Positions 8,536 to 16,879 of a stretch of 32,000 nucleotides of DNA are shown one piece after another. The position numbers and the translations under genes are program-made. The notes beneath the pieces are model-generated. The model was not told the DNA's origin, did not search any database, and worked only from the letters and a program-made list of their open reading frames with translations. Within the stretch, counting starts at the first letter, position 1; every line of letters starts with the position of its first letter. The stretch lies in assembly GCF_900232105.1 (NCBI RefSeq), contig NZ_LT934425.1:1590001-1622000 (forward strand), read 5' to 3'. This DNA comes from Candidatus Kuenenia stuttgartensis. GTDB lineage: Bacteria; Planctomycetota; Brocadiia; Brocadiales; Brocadiaceae.

Positions 8536-8699
8536 CAAATCAATAATTCCATTAAGGTGTGGGTCGAGAACGTCTTCAAGCTCATTTGCAACGACTCCAT
8601 ACCTTTTCAACTTCCTTGCTTTGGCATCTTCAAGGATACACCAGCATGAAGACATTTTCCGTAACACTTTAGCTTTTTGAAAAATTCCGAGAAAAAAGG

Positions 8700-8880
8700 A
8701 GAACCCCGAAGGGGTAATATGATTATAGAAAAACACGGTAAAACCACGCCTAATCCCGAAGGGATGACATAATCGCCATTGTCCGGTGTTTCATGAAAGA
8801 TAAAATTATATCACCCCTTCGGGGTTAATTATGGGTTTTTCGTATAATTTCTATAATCATTTCATCCCTTCGGGATTATT
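8700..8880. repeat. nested inverted repeat (MITE-like) built from four tetraloop hairpin units
   Basis: Four mini-hairpins: CCCCGAAGGGG (8704-8714), TCCCGAAGGGA (8754-8764), CCCCTTCGGGG (8814-8824) and TCCCTTCGGGA (8865-8875). They are arranged symmetrically around about 8789. The left two-unit module (..CCCGAAGGGGTAATATGATTATAGAAA..TAATCCCGAAGGGATGACATAAT) is the reverse complement of the right module with a few mismatches. Confidence 0.65.
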
Positions 8881-8896
8881 GGAATTTTTCAAAGAA

Positions 8897-9169
8897 CTAA
8901 AGTGTTACCATTTTCCCAAAAATCTCCTTTATCGGATCTCTCAGTTCCTTTTCAAGATCAAATCTTTCTGAAAGCGCCTTTATTCTGTTTTTTATAAGCA
9001 ATGTCCTTTTAAAAATTTCTCTTTTGACTCCTTCGTCCATGTTGCACTTCGTATCGTAAAGGATGCCATTATAGTCGTCGTTATTGAATACTTGTTCAAT
9101 ATACCGGATATTTTCCTCCATAATACGAAGGGCTATCGTAAGTCCTCTTTTTTGATCTTTATTCAGCAT
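8897..9169 (-). CDS. hypothetical 90-aa helical protein, last gene of the dynamin-like cluster
   Basis: ORF with SD AAGAGGA 6 nt upstream of the ATG. The sequence is heptad-like and charged (LTIALRIMEENIRYIEQVF...IKNRIKALSERFDLEKELRDPIKEIF). No family recognised. Confidence 0.6.
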   Translation of the reverse strand: MLNKDQKRGLTIALRIMEENIRYIEQVFNNDDYNGILYDTKCNMDEGVKREIFKRTLLIKNRIKALSERFDLEKELRDPIKEIFGKMVTL

Positions 9170-9284
9170 GATGCATCCTCTTTATCACTTTCCTTGCCAT
9201 CCTTCTCATTACACCAGCATGGGAATCCATCAAATTAGGTATGCACGGTAACAATTCACGTGAGTGGCAAGACACGCGTTGCCA

Positions 9285-10112
9285 TTACGCGGTTAAAAGT
9301 TTCCGATGGACTAATTTACTAATTCCATTTTCTGCGCTTCGTTGTGTTATCCCCTCTTGCATAGCTTGTTCTATTCGCGCAATAGGGTCGTTCCCAAGGC
9401 CTTTCAGTTGCCGGGTATAATATTCAATCGTTGCGCAAATCCCTGTTGTGGCGTCACAGAGTATCCTGTCGCAATTACTGCTGACGTTGGATGCTATTTC
9501 TGATATCATCTCATGTAAAACCAGTTTTCGGCGGGCCGGTTGTGAAAGAAAGGAGTGCAGAATGGAATGAAACTTATTACCAGAAGTTGTCGTATGCTCC
9601 TGGACTATGCAATAAAAATTACCATCCTTGTATATATCCATAGAATATTCAAATTGGCCCATAGGTATCTCAAAGAGGATTTCTAAGGCTGTTTCAAACT
9701 CACGGATCATGTCTCTGGTATGCCGCAGAAGATGGTCGACAGTCTCTTGCATATTCTTTAAGATTGCCCTCTCAAAGTCATTTTGAAACACATCAAACCC
9801 CTTACCAATTTCCTGCTTGATAATTTTCTGCATTTCATTTCTCAAAACGGTGGAATTGGTATCCGGACTTTTTCCAAAAAAATCATGGAGACATTGCTTT
9901 GTCCTCAGTATTTCCTTTTCCTCAAAATCCTTTACCATTTCCTTTGCCTTTAAGCACAACATACCCAATTTGTCCTCGATCAAATACAAAATATTTTCCT
10001 TATCCTGTTTTAGGGTTGCGGCAAGGTGGCGGAAGGTGTCAAACACATTTTTCACGTCTTCCCAAGATGCATCTCGTATTTTTTTCTCAATAATGCCAAT
10101 TGCTTTTTCCAT
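9285..10112 (-). CDS. GTPase-less paralogue of the adjacent dynamin-like protein (stalk/C-terminal region only)
   Basis: 275-aa ORF with a strong SD AGGAGGGAG. It is colinear with residues ~305-590 of the 600-aa protein: TLKQDKENILYLI vs NLKQDREDIAYLL, RTKQCLHDFFGKSP vs RIKQCLVDFYEKNP, MIREFETALEILFEI vs IIREFKTAAELLFEV, VLHEMISEIASNVSSNCDR vs VFHEMMERVSSDVSRNCGR. No P-loop is present. Confidence 0.8.
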   Translation of the reverse strand: MEKAIGIIEKKIRDASWEDVKNVFDTFRHLAATLKQDKENILYLIEDKLGMLCLKAKEMVKDFEEKEILRTKQCLHDFFGKSPDTNSTVLRNEMQKIIKQEIGKGFDVFQNDFERAILKNMQETVDHLLRHTRDMIREFETALEILFEIPMGQFEYSMDIYKDGNFYCIVQEHTTTSGNKFHSILHSFLSQPARRKLVLHEMISEIASNVSSNCDRILCDATTGICATIEYYTRQLKGLGNDPIARIEQAMQEGITQRSAENGISKLVHRKLLTA

Positions 10113-10190
10113 ATCTCCCTCCTATAAAAATTCGACAAGGGCATTATTTCTTTTGCTTATATTTCAATTTGGAAATATAACGGCATAACA

Positions 10191-10311
10191 AAAAACCCCT
10201 TGTCAAGACTAATGCTCCGACAAGAGATTTTCCCCAATAAAAACACCTGTCGAAGCAAGACTTCAATAGGAGTTATCAGCTATCACATAGCAATCAGGCG
10301 AACTCCATCGC
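10191..10311 (-). promoter_or_regulatory. structured intergenic module, copy B (conserved stem-loop block followed by hairpins with U-runs)
   Basis: Minus-strand reading: GCGATGGAGTTCGCCTGATTGCTATGTGATAGCTGATAACTCC, a degenerate hairpin plus T5, then CTCTTGTC-N14-GACAAGGG followed by T6 (10195-10190). It lies between the stop of the 600-aa gene (10333) and the start of the 275-aa gene (10112). It is homologous to 12293..12414. Confidence 0.55.
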
Positions 10312-10332
10312 CTCTTTATTCAGAACCACACC

Positions 10333-12135
10333 TTATACCATTACCATGTTTATTTGCTCCTGCTTTACGTCAACCAAATTAATGGCATCCCAAATATTTG
10401 TCAGTTTTCCTTTGTGTTCTTCCAGCTTCTTAGCCTTGCTTGCCAATAACTCTAACTCAATCCGTACAAACTCATCGCCCGCCTTTCGTCTCTCCTGACC
10501 CTTTTGAATAGCTTGTTCAATTTGCTCTATAAGGTCGCTTCCAAGGTCTTTCAATTGTTTTGCATAGTAGTTAATGGTCTTGTGAATCCTTGTTGTAAGG
10601 TCTGAGCGTGTTCTGCCGCAATTCCGGCTTACATCAGAAGACACCCTTTCCATCATCTCATGAAAAACCATCTTCCTGCTCATAGATTTAGGCAGAAAAG
10701 TACGCAGAATAGACTTAACTTCTTCTTCGGTAGGCGCCGTATATTCCTGCACCATATAATAAAAGTTATTGTCTTTCGTCAGTTCCACTGCAAATTCCGT
10801 CGTGTCCATAGCTACCTCAAAGAGTAGCTCGGCAGCCGTTTTAAACTCACGTATAATATCGTTGGAACGTTTCGTAAAACGGTTAAAGGCCTCCTGCATA
10901 TTATTAGAAATCACCTGCTCGGAATCCTTTCTAAACACATCGAATCCCCTGACAATCTCTTCTTTGATAACCTTTTGCATCTCATCCCGAAAAACTGTTG
11001 GACTAAACTCAGGATTTTTTTCATAGAAATCCACAAGACATTGTTTTATTCTCGCTGTCTCTTTTTCTTCTAAAGACTTTAGCATATCCTCCACCTTCAA
11101 ACACAACTTGTCGGATTCGCCCTTGAGCAGATAAGCAATATCCTCTCTATCCTGTTTCAGGTTTGTAACCAGTTTATAAAAGGTGTTTAGCTTATCCTCT
11201 AATTCTTCACCGGAAGCCTCCAATGTTCTCTTCTCAATAGCTATCTGAGATAATTTCCGGGAGATAAACCGCTGTGTCTTGGATATTGTTGTATTCAGGA
11301 CAATCTTCCCTTTTTCTGAAGAAAGAAAACTCCCCAACGCGTCTGCAAGTTCCAAAAGACCACTCTGTAAAAGCTGAACGTCATTGTTGATTATTTTTGC
11401 CTTCAGTGCTTCTCTGGCAGAAATAGGCCAGATTTTATGCACGGCAAACCCCATCTCCTCTAACACCTGTTTATTAAAGGCGACTATTTCCTCCATCTCG
11501 TTCGAAGTCAGATTATCAATCTTGTTTAACACGAAGAATATCTTCTGTGTGGAATCTTTGATGGTATCAAGGAGTTCCTTTTCCACCTGTGAGATGGGAA
11601 CATCAGCGCTCATAAGGAACAATGCGGCATCAAGGTGGTCTAAAAATCCATACGTCGTTTCCGTGTTATGCAGAAAGGTTGATCCCACTCCCGGGGTATC
11701 GACCAGCATCATCCCCGCTTCAAGAAAAGGTGACGGATATTCAATGATAGCGCATCGCACTCTGCGTACATTTCCTGGATTTTCCTTTTCAGTAACATAC
11801 CGAGGTAATTCCTCCACACTAATTTCCCTTTCACTACCATCTTCCATGAAAATTATACATCTGATTTCATGGCTAAATCTCAGGATCGTCACAATAGAAG
11901 TTAATGGGACTACCGATGATGGGAGGACTTCTTTGCCAATTAAACTGTTGATAAGAGTCGTTTTGCCTCTTTTAAACTGTCCTAAAACCACCAGATTAAA
12001 GCTGTTTGTTACCAACCGTTTCCTGACCATAGCAAGCAGGCCGTCTCCAATCCCAGCATCATTTTTTGACAAGTCCTCTATATTTTCAATTACACTCAAT
12101 ATTTCTTTCTTATGTTCTACAAATTCATCTAACAT
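10333..12135 (-). CDS. bacterial dynamin-like GTPase (dynamin family protein)
   Basis: 600-aa ORF with G1 LVVLGQFKRGKTTLINSLIG, G3 MLVDTPGVGS and G4 FFVLNKIDNL, followed by a long helical stalk. No obvious transmembrane paddle. Confidence 0.9.
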   Translation of the reverse strand: MLDEFVEHKKEILSVIENIEDLSKNDAGIGDGLLAMVRKRLVTNSFNLVVLGQFKRGKTTLINSLIGKEVLPSSVVPLTSIVTILRFSHEIRCIIFMEDGSEREISVEELPRYVTEKENPGNVRRVRCAIIEYPSPFLEAGMMLVDTPGVGSTFLHNTETTYGFLDHLDAALFLMSADVPISQVEKELLDTIKDSTQKIFFVLNKIDNLTSNEMEEIVAFNKQVLEEMGFAVHKIWPISAREALKAKIINNDVQLLQSGLLELADALGSFLSSEKGKIVLNTTISKTQRFISRKLSQIAIEKRTLEASGEELEDKLNTFYKLVTNLKQDREDIAYLLKGESDKLCLKVEDMLKSLEEKETARIKQCLVDFYEKNPEFSPTVFRDEMQKVIKEEIVRGFDVFRKDSEQVISNNMQEAFNRFTKRSNDIIREFKTAAELLFEVAMDTTEFAVELTKDNNFYYMVQEYTAPTEEEVKSILRTFLPKSMSRKMVFHEMMERVSSDVSRNCGRTRSDLTTRIHKTINYYAKQLKDLGSDLIEQIEQAIQKGQERRKAGDEFVRIELELLASKAKKLEEHKGKLTNIWDAINLVDVKQEQINMVMV

Positions 12136-12292
12136 GAAACTTCAAATCCTCCGGAAAAACAAACGTAGCTGTTCATCTACTTAATTGAATTAATTAGGTC
12201 TTAGGCGACTTTTAACTGAATAAACAAAACGGGGAAACACATGCAATGCGTCTCTACAAAAACTTTGAAATTCCTATACGTAAATTTAACAG

Positions 12293-12414
12293 AAAAACCC
12301 CTGCCAAAACCATTCGTTTGACAGGGGTTTTTCAAAATAAAAAAACTCCTGCCAGAGGAAATCTTTGACAGGAGTTATTAGCTACAATAGCAGCGATTAA
12401 GCGAACTCCATCGC
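12293..12414 (-). promoter_or_regulatory. structured intergenic module, copy A: conserved stem-loop block plus two tandem rho-independent terminators after smc
   Basis: Minus-strand reading: GCGATGGAGTTCGCTTAATCGCTGCTATTGTAGCTAATAACTCC. Next comes hairpin CTCCTGTC-N13-GGCAGGAG (12374-12346) plus T7 (12345-12339), then hairpin CCCCTGTC-N14-GGCAGGGG (12327-12298) plus T5 (12297-12293). Confidence 0.6.
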
Positions 12415-12500
12415 ATATATATTTGTTCTTATTTCAACAACTGCGGGTAATGATACTCACTCCTTCATCTGTTGTCAAACACATTTTGCCATTCTGCGTA

Positions 12501-15500
12501 TTAAGCAACCTTTTTCTCAATCTCATCAAACTTCACGGCAATCTTTTTTGATACCCCTGGTTCCTGCATCGTGATGCCATAAAGCACATCCGCAATGCTC
12601 ATAGTAACTTTATTATGCGTAATCATGAGAAACTGCGTGTCTCTGGTAAACTCTTTAATAATAAGACTGAACCTGTTGATGTTGCTTTCATCCAGGGCGG
12701 CGTCCACCTCGTCGAGGATGCAAAAGGGGCTTGGTTTTGTCTGAAATACCGAAAACAGCAACGCCACGGTGATCATCACTTTCTCTCCCCCGGAAAGGAG
12801 CGTGATTGAACGAAGTTCTTTGTTGGGTGGCTGCGCAACTATTTCAATTCCCGCTTCGAGGATATCAACGTTCTCCTCCAAAATTATATCTGCTTTTCCT
12901 CCGCCAAACAGCTTCCGGAACATCATTTGAAAATTTTCACGGATTTCATGGAAGGTTTTTTCAAAAGATTCACGGCTCGTATGATTAATTTTTTTTATCA
13001 GATTCAGCAGACTCGTATGCGACTTTTCAAGATCCTCCTTTTGGGTGAGGAGAAAACCCTCCCGGCTTTCAAGGTCTTCCTGTTCCGCAATGGCTTCCAG
13101 ATTCACATTGCCCAAACGCTCCACTTTTCCTTGTAATTCTTCTATTTCAACAGAAACCGCTTCCCAAAATTCCTCCGGTGAAACGTCGGACTGAGCTTGC
13201 TTCTCCTTCAAACTGCTGAGTTCCTGCTCAATTTCTTCACGGTTACTGTGTAGTTCGGAAATTTCAAGTTTATATTCTTCTCTTATCCGTTCCTCAAGAT
13301 TGGTTATACGGATATTATATTCATTTTCTTTAAATCGCAATTCCTGAAGATGCTGTTCTACACTCCCATATTCTGCCTGGTTTCCTTCCAGGGATGTACG
13401 TAATTCCGCGGCATGATAATCATTTCTTTCTATTTCTGCACTCAGATTTTCCGTCCTTTCATCAATAACAATTTTTTCTGATTGAAGCGCCTCAATGTGT
13501 TGTTCCGTATTTTTGATTTCTATTTCCGCATCAAATATTTTCTGCTGACAATTTTTATGCTCATCTGCTATATCCCGAACCTGTTCTTCCATTTCCTGCA
13601 GGTCTGCGGAAAGTTTGTTTAACGTCTCTGCCAGACTGTCTTTTTTCTCTTCTTTCTGTGCAAGCATCACCTTTAAAGACATAATTTCTTCCTGCATTTC
13701 CTTCCTTATAACTTCCTTTTCTTTAACAAGCATCGATGTCTCTTCGATTTGTTCTTTTAATGCTTCATGGCGTTGATTGAGGACTTCCAATCTTTCCCTC
13801 AATAAAATTTCGCGTTCATGGGTGTTTTCTATTTCGCCGTTTATTTCGTCTGATTCCTCTTCGTTCATCTTTTCTTCTGCCAGAAGTTCTTCCTGTTTTT
13901 GTCTGTTTTGCGAAAGTTCATTTTCCTTTGACATTTTCAGTAAATTCAACTGTTCTATCTTTACCGCCAATTGGGCAGTTTTCTCTTCAAGCCCGGTCAG
14001 TTCGCCCACATACGTATACTTTTCCCCCTCAAGCCTCTCCAGTTCCTCCTGTATACGGAGCAATTCATCTTCAATTTTCTCCAATTCACTTCTTCGGGAA
14101 ATAATGCCTACCTGCCCCTGCTTTCTGCCGCCGCTGATTGTCCCGTCCAATTCAAACAACTCTCCATTCAGTGTTACACAGCGAACATTGATGCCTTGGC
14201 TATTCAGCCACATTGCAGCTTCAAGATTTTCAACAACAAGGACATTGCCCAAAAATCCCTCTATTACCTCCCGAATATCTTCCCTGCAATTAACAAGACG
14301 GCTTGCAACGCTAATGACATTTGGTTTTTGTAAAATTTCCTCATTGCGAGAAGATTGCCCATGCATACGGTCTAATGGGAAAAAAATGGCATTTCCTTTT
14401 TGATGTTCCAGTAGAAAGGCAAGCGCCTCTATTGCATTTTGCGTGGTGCTCACAACAATGCCTTGCACCTTATCTCCCAATGCAGCTTCAATGGCAAGAG
14501 CATACTGCAAATCCACCTTCAGCATATCCACAATCATGCCTTGTATACCTTTCAAAACAGAATCTGTTTTCTGCGATTCTCCAACGATACATTTTGCCCC
14601 TGAATCAATACCCTCTGCGCGAACCTCATAGTCCATCAGTACTTCATGTCGCGATTTTTTACTGCTTTGCAATTGTTTTTTTAGGTTAATTTGGTCTTCT
14701 AAGGAACGGATTGTGTTAATAATTTCTTGTATACGGCCTTTTGAAGCGAATAAATTGCTTTCTAAAATATCATACTCTATCGTAATAGTATTTTTTTCAT
14801 CTGCAACGGTCTCATATCTCGATTTCAACATATTCAGAGATGAAGCAATTTCGTCCTGCCTTTTTTGAAGCCTCATCACTCTCCCCATCAATGTTTCTTT
14901 TTCCATAGTCAAACTGCCGATTTCATTCTGTACGCCAGATTCTTTTTGCAGTGTAGCAATAACCTCCGCCTTTTTTTCTTCCATGCCCTGATACAAAATA
15001 TCGCATTCAAGGTTTATTTGTTTACTTGAAATTTCTTTATTCTGATGGTCGTTTTGTACCGTTCCTATATCCCGCGTCAATACGTGTAGCATTTCCTCAG
15101 ATTTTAAAATAGTGTTTTTTGTTTCGCCTATCTTATTTTCCAATGTCTTTTGCTGTTCCAAGAGTCTTTCGCGCCGGGTTTTTAATTCTTTAATACGTTC
15201 GGTATTATATTTTATTTTATCCTCGTCTTTTGATATTTGCGACTCAAGGCTCATTTTTTCCGTCTGTAATGCCGCTGATTGCAGTTCCAATTGTTCCAAG
15301 GCCTCTTCAACTTCATCTATTTGTAATTTAAGAGTATCTATAATAGTGGTTACTTTTTGTCTTTGTTCTTCTATTTGTTTTATTTGTTCAGAAACAGACG
15401 CCTTATTGTCACCAAGCTCTCTGTAATTTTTAAGCGAAAGTCCTACCTTTAGTTTTTTTAATTGTTCTCTGTACTCCTGATATCTTCTAGCCTTCGATGC

Positions 15501-16124
15501 CTGAACTTTTATGGAACGAAGCTGCTTTTGTAGCTCCTCAACAATGTCGCCTATTCGTAACAAATTTTGTTCCACATGTTCTAATTTAGACAAAGCAGCT
15601 TTTTTCTGTAATTTGAATCTGCTGATACCTGCGGCCTCTTCAAACAATGCACGCCTTTCGTGAGCATTCGCTCTGAGTAACGCATCGACATTCCCTTGTT
15701 CAATCACAGAATACGCATTTGAACCAAAGCCTGTATCTACAAAAAGTTCGCGTATGTCTTTTAATCTGCTGGTTTGCTTATTAATAAGATATTCAGATTC
15801 TCCGGAAGCATACAGCCTGCGCGTAATACACACTTCAGTATATTCCAGAGGCAATAGTCCCTTATTGTTCAAAATAGTCAACGATACTTCCGCATAACCA
15901 AGAGAGGGCCTTTTTTCGGTGCCATTAAAAATAACATCCGACATTTCATTGCCTCTCAACGATTTAACGCTTTGTTCGCCAAGCACCCATTTAACAGCAT
16001 CCACTATATTACTCTTGCCGCATCCATTGGGACCGACAATTACATTTATGCCGTCCTCAAAAACAACTTCGGTTTTTTCGGCAAACGATTTAAATCCGAA
16101 CAATTCCAGCTTCTTTAATTTCAT
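12501..16124 (-). CDS. smc: chromosome segregation protein SMC
   Basis: 1207-aa ORF. N-terminal Walker A FGFKSFAEKTEVVFEDGINVIVGPNGCGKSNIVDA, long coiled-coil arms, hinge region (GIQGMIVDMLKVDLQYALAIEAALG), and C-terminal signature LSGGEK with Walker B CILDEVDAALD. Confidence 0.97.
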   Translation of the reverse strand: MKLKKLELFGFKSFAEKTEVVFEDGINVIVGPNGCGKSNIVDAVKWVLGEQSVKSLRGNEMSDVIFNGTEKRPSLGYAEVSLTILNNKGLLPLEYTEVCITRRLYASGESEYLINKQTSRLKDIRELFVDTGFGSNAYSVIEQGNVDALLRANAHERRALFEEAAGISRFKLQKKAALSKLEHVEQNLLRIGDIVEELQKQLRSIKVQASKARRYQEYREQLKKLKVGLSLKNYRELGDNKASVSEQIKQIEEQRQKVTTIIDTLKLQIDEVEEALEQLELQSAALQTEKMSLESQISKDEDKIKYNTERIKELKTRRERLLEQQKTLENKIGETKNTILKSEEMLHVLTRDIGTVQNDHQNKEISSKQINLECDILYQGMEEKKAEVIATLQKESGVQNEIGSLTMEKETLMGRVMRLQKRQDEIASSLNMLKSRYETVADEKNTITIEYDILESNLFASKGRIQEIINTIRSLEDQINLKKQLQSSKKSRHEVLMDYEVRAEGIDSGAKCIVGESQKTDSVLKGIQGMIVDMLKVDLQYALAIEAALGDKVQGIVVSTTQNAIEALAFLLEHQKGNAIFFPLDRMHGQSSRNEEILQKPNVISVASRLVNCREDIREVIEGFLGNVLVVENLEAAMWLNSQGINVRCVTLNGELFELDGTISGGRKQGQVGIISRRSELEKIEDELLRIQEELERLEGEKYTYVGELTGLEEKTAQLAVKIEQLNLLKMSKENELSQNRQKQEELLAEEKMNEEESDEINGEIENTHEREILLRERLEVLNQRHEALKEQIEETSMLVKEKEVIRKEMQEEIMSLKVMLAQKEEKKDSLAETLNKLSADLQEMEEQVRDIADEHKNCQQKIFDAEIEIKNTEQHIEALQSEKIVIDERTENLSAEIERNDYHAAELRTSLEGNQAEYGSVEQHLQELRFKENEYNIRITNLEERIREEYKLEISELHSNREEIEQELSSLKEKQAQSDVSPEEFWEAVSVEIEELQGKVERLGNVNLEAIAEQEDLESREGFLLTQKEDLEKSHTSLLNLIKKINHTSRESFEKTFHEIRENFQMMFRKLFGGGKADIILEENVDILEAGIEIVAQPPNKELRSITLLSGGEKVMITVALLFSVFQTKPSPFCILDEVDAALDESNINRFSLIIKEFTRDTQFLMITHNKVTMSIADVLYGITMQEPGVSKKIAVKFDEIEKKVA

Positions 16125-16316
16125 AACTCTGCGCTACTTTTTTTAATTAGGTTGGGTTTTAAAAAACAAAACCCCGACGGTTTTTATTTTACCTACCCCT
16201 CGATCCTCTCCCGGGAGGTGACATCCAAAGTTCTCCTCATTGACAGGACAAGCGTATTGCATTTCATGTCATAAAACCATGCAAGGATACATGGCCTACC
16301 ATAGGGGCCGCATTGG

Positions 16317-16384
16317 GTTTGTTAATTGCTTAACTAAAAAGATTGAAATTCCTTAACATCAAATTCTGCCATCTTTGGCAACGA
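16317..16384. repeat. intergenic direct repeat, copy 1
   Basis: GTTTGTTAATTGCTTAACTAAAAAGATTGAAATTCCTTAACATCAAATTCTGCCATCTTTGGCAACGA aligns with copy 2. It is preceded by GC-rich hairpin-forming sequence. Confidence 0.5.
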
Positions 16385-16505
16385 CTTTTTAAGGTTCCGC
16401 TCCAAAAAAAGAGGACAGGTTGTATGTAAAGACTTTTCTACCTGCCCTAAACCCCCTTCCATGAGGGGACAGCTAAAATTCCCCTCTCGAGAGGGATAGG
16501 AATAT

Positions 16506-16571
16506 GTTTATTAATTGATTTGTTAAAAAGATTAAAACTTCTTGTGCTAAATTAATCTTTTGGCTAACAGA
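16506..16571. repeat. intergenic direct repeat, copy 2
   Basis: GTTTATTAATTGATTTGTTAAAAAGATTAAAACTTCTTGTGCTAAATTAATCTTTTGGCTAACAGA. It is preceded by the perfect 14-bp palindrome CCCTCTCGAGAGGG (16482-16495) and the hairpin CCCCT-TCCATG-AGGGG (16453-16468). Confidence 0.5.
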
Positions 16572-16716
16572 GACGCGAGGCATTTACATCTCTACAGACT
16601 CGATGCTATTCTGGAATTTTGAAAACCTTCATTCCGTAGCCCACGATTTACTGTTAAAAACGGGCGGGGAGAGGCGGAACACATGATCCTTTAGTTGGCT
16701 AATTAATGACAAAGAA

Positions 16717-16743
16717 GGACGTTCCGATAGAATCGAAACGCCC
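16717..16743 (-). terminator. candidate terminator hairpin downstream of the H1-like gene
   Basis: Minus strand GGGCGTTTCGAT-TCT-ATCGGAACGTCC forms a 12-bp stem (two G-U pairs) followed by the T-rich TTCTTTGTCATT. It lies about 137 nt after the stop at 16880. The U-tract is weak. Confidence 0.35.
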
Positions 16744-16879
16744 TTCCCCCATTACACATAGATTGGTCCCATACCAATAAAAATACGTATGCAAAACTGT
16801 CTCGTTCCTAATAACCTGTATACATAAATACTTTTGAATACATGTGTCTGCTAAAATATAAATAACATTAAACTGGCTA

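Noticed and set aside
8467-8736. 89-aa ORF MFFYNHITPSGFSF...
   Set aside because: Its N-terminus is read through one arm of the tetraloop-hairpin repeat, and its C-terminus through the duplicated FNT leader. Only the middle (possible 62-aa version from ATG 8655) is unexplained, and it has a weak RBS and no recognisable family.
9240-9260. parS-like site (TTCACGTGA core), also at ~1700 (CACGTGAAA)
   Set aside because: Only the 9-bp central core matches the 16-bp parS consensus TGTTNCACGTGAAACA, and the flanks do not match. This is expected by chance for a CACGTG palindrome.
11384-12184. 266-aa plus-strand ORF antisense to the dynamin-like gene
   Set aside because: It is entirely within the GTPase gene on the opposite strand. 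It has Ser/Ile/Phe-rich junk composition and no initiation signals.
13777-14403. 208-aa Ser-rich plus-strand ORF (and 13971..14333, 14321..14689, 15112..15426) inside smc
   Set aside because: These are antisense shadows of the Glu/Lys/Leu-rich coiled-coil codons of smc. They have low-complexity Ser/Phe composition and no SD, and they are fully overlapped by a gene with unambiguous homology.
16317-16571. Possible CRISPR array or type III toxin-antitoxin repeat RNA in the smc upstream spacer
   Set aside because: There are only two diverged ~66-bp copies separated by ~120 bp of unrelated sequence. There are no regular repeat-spacer units, no cas genes and no toxin ORF nearby.
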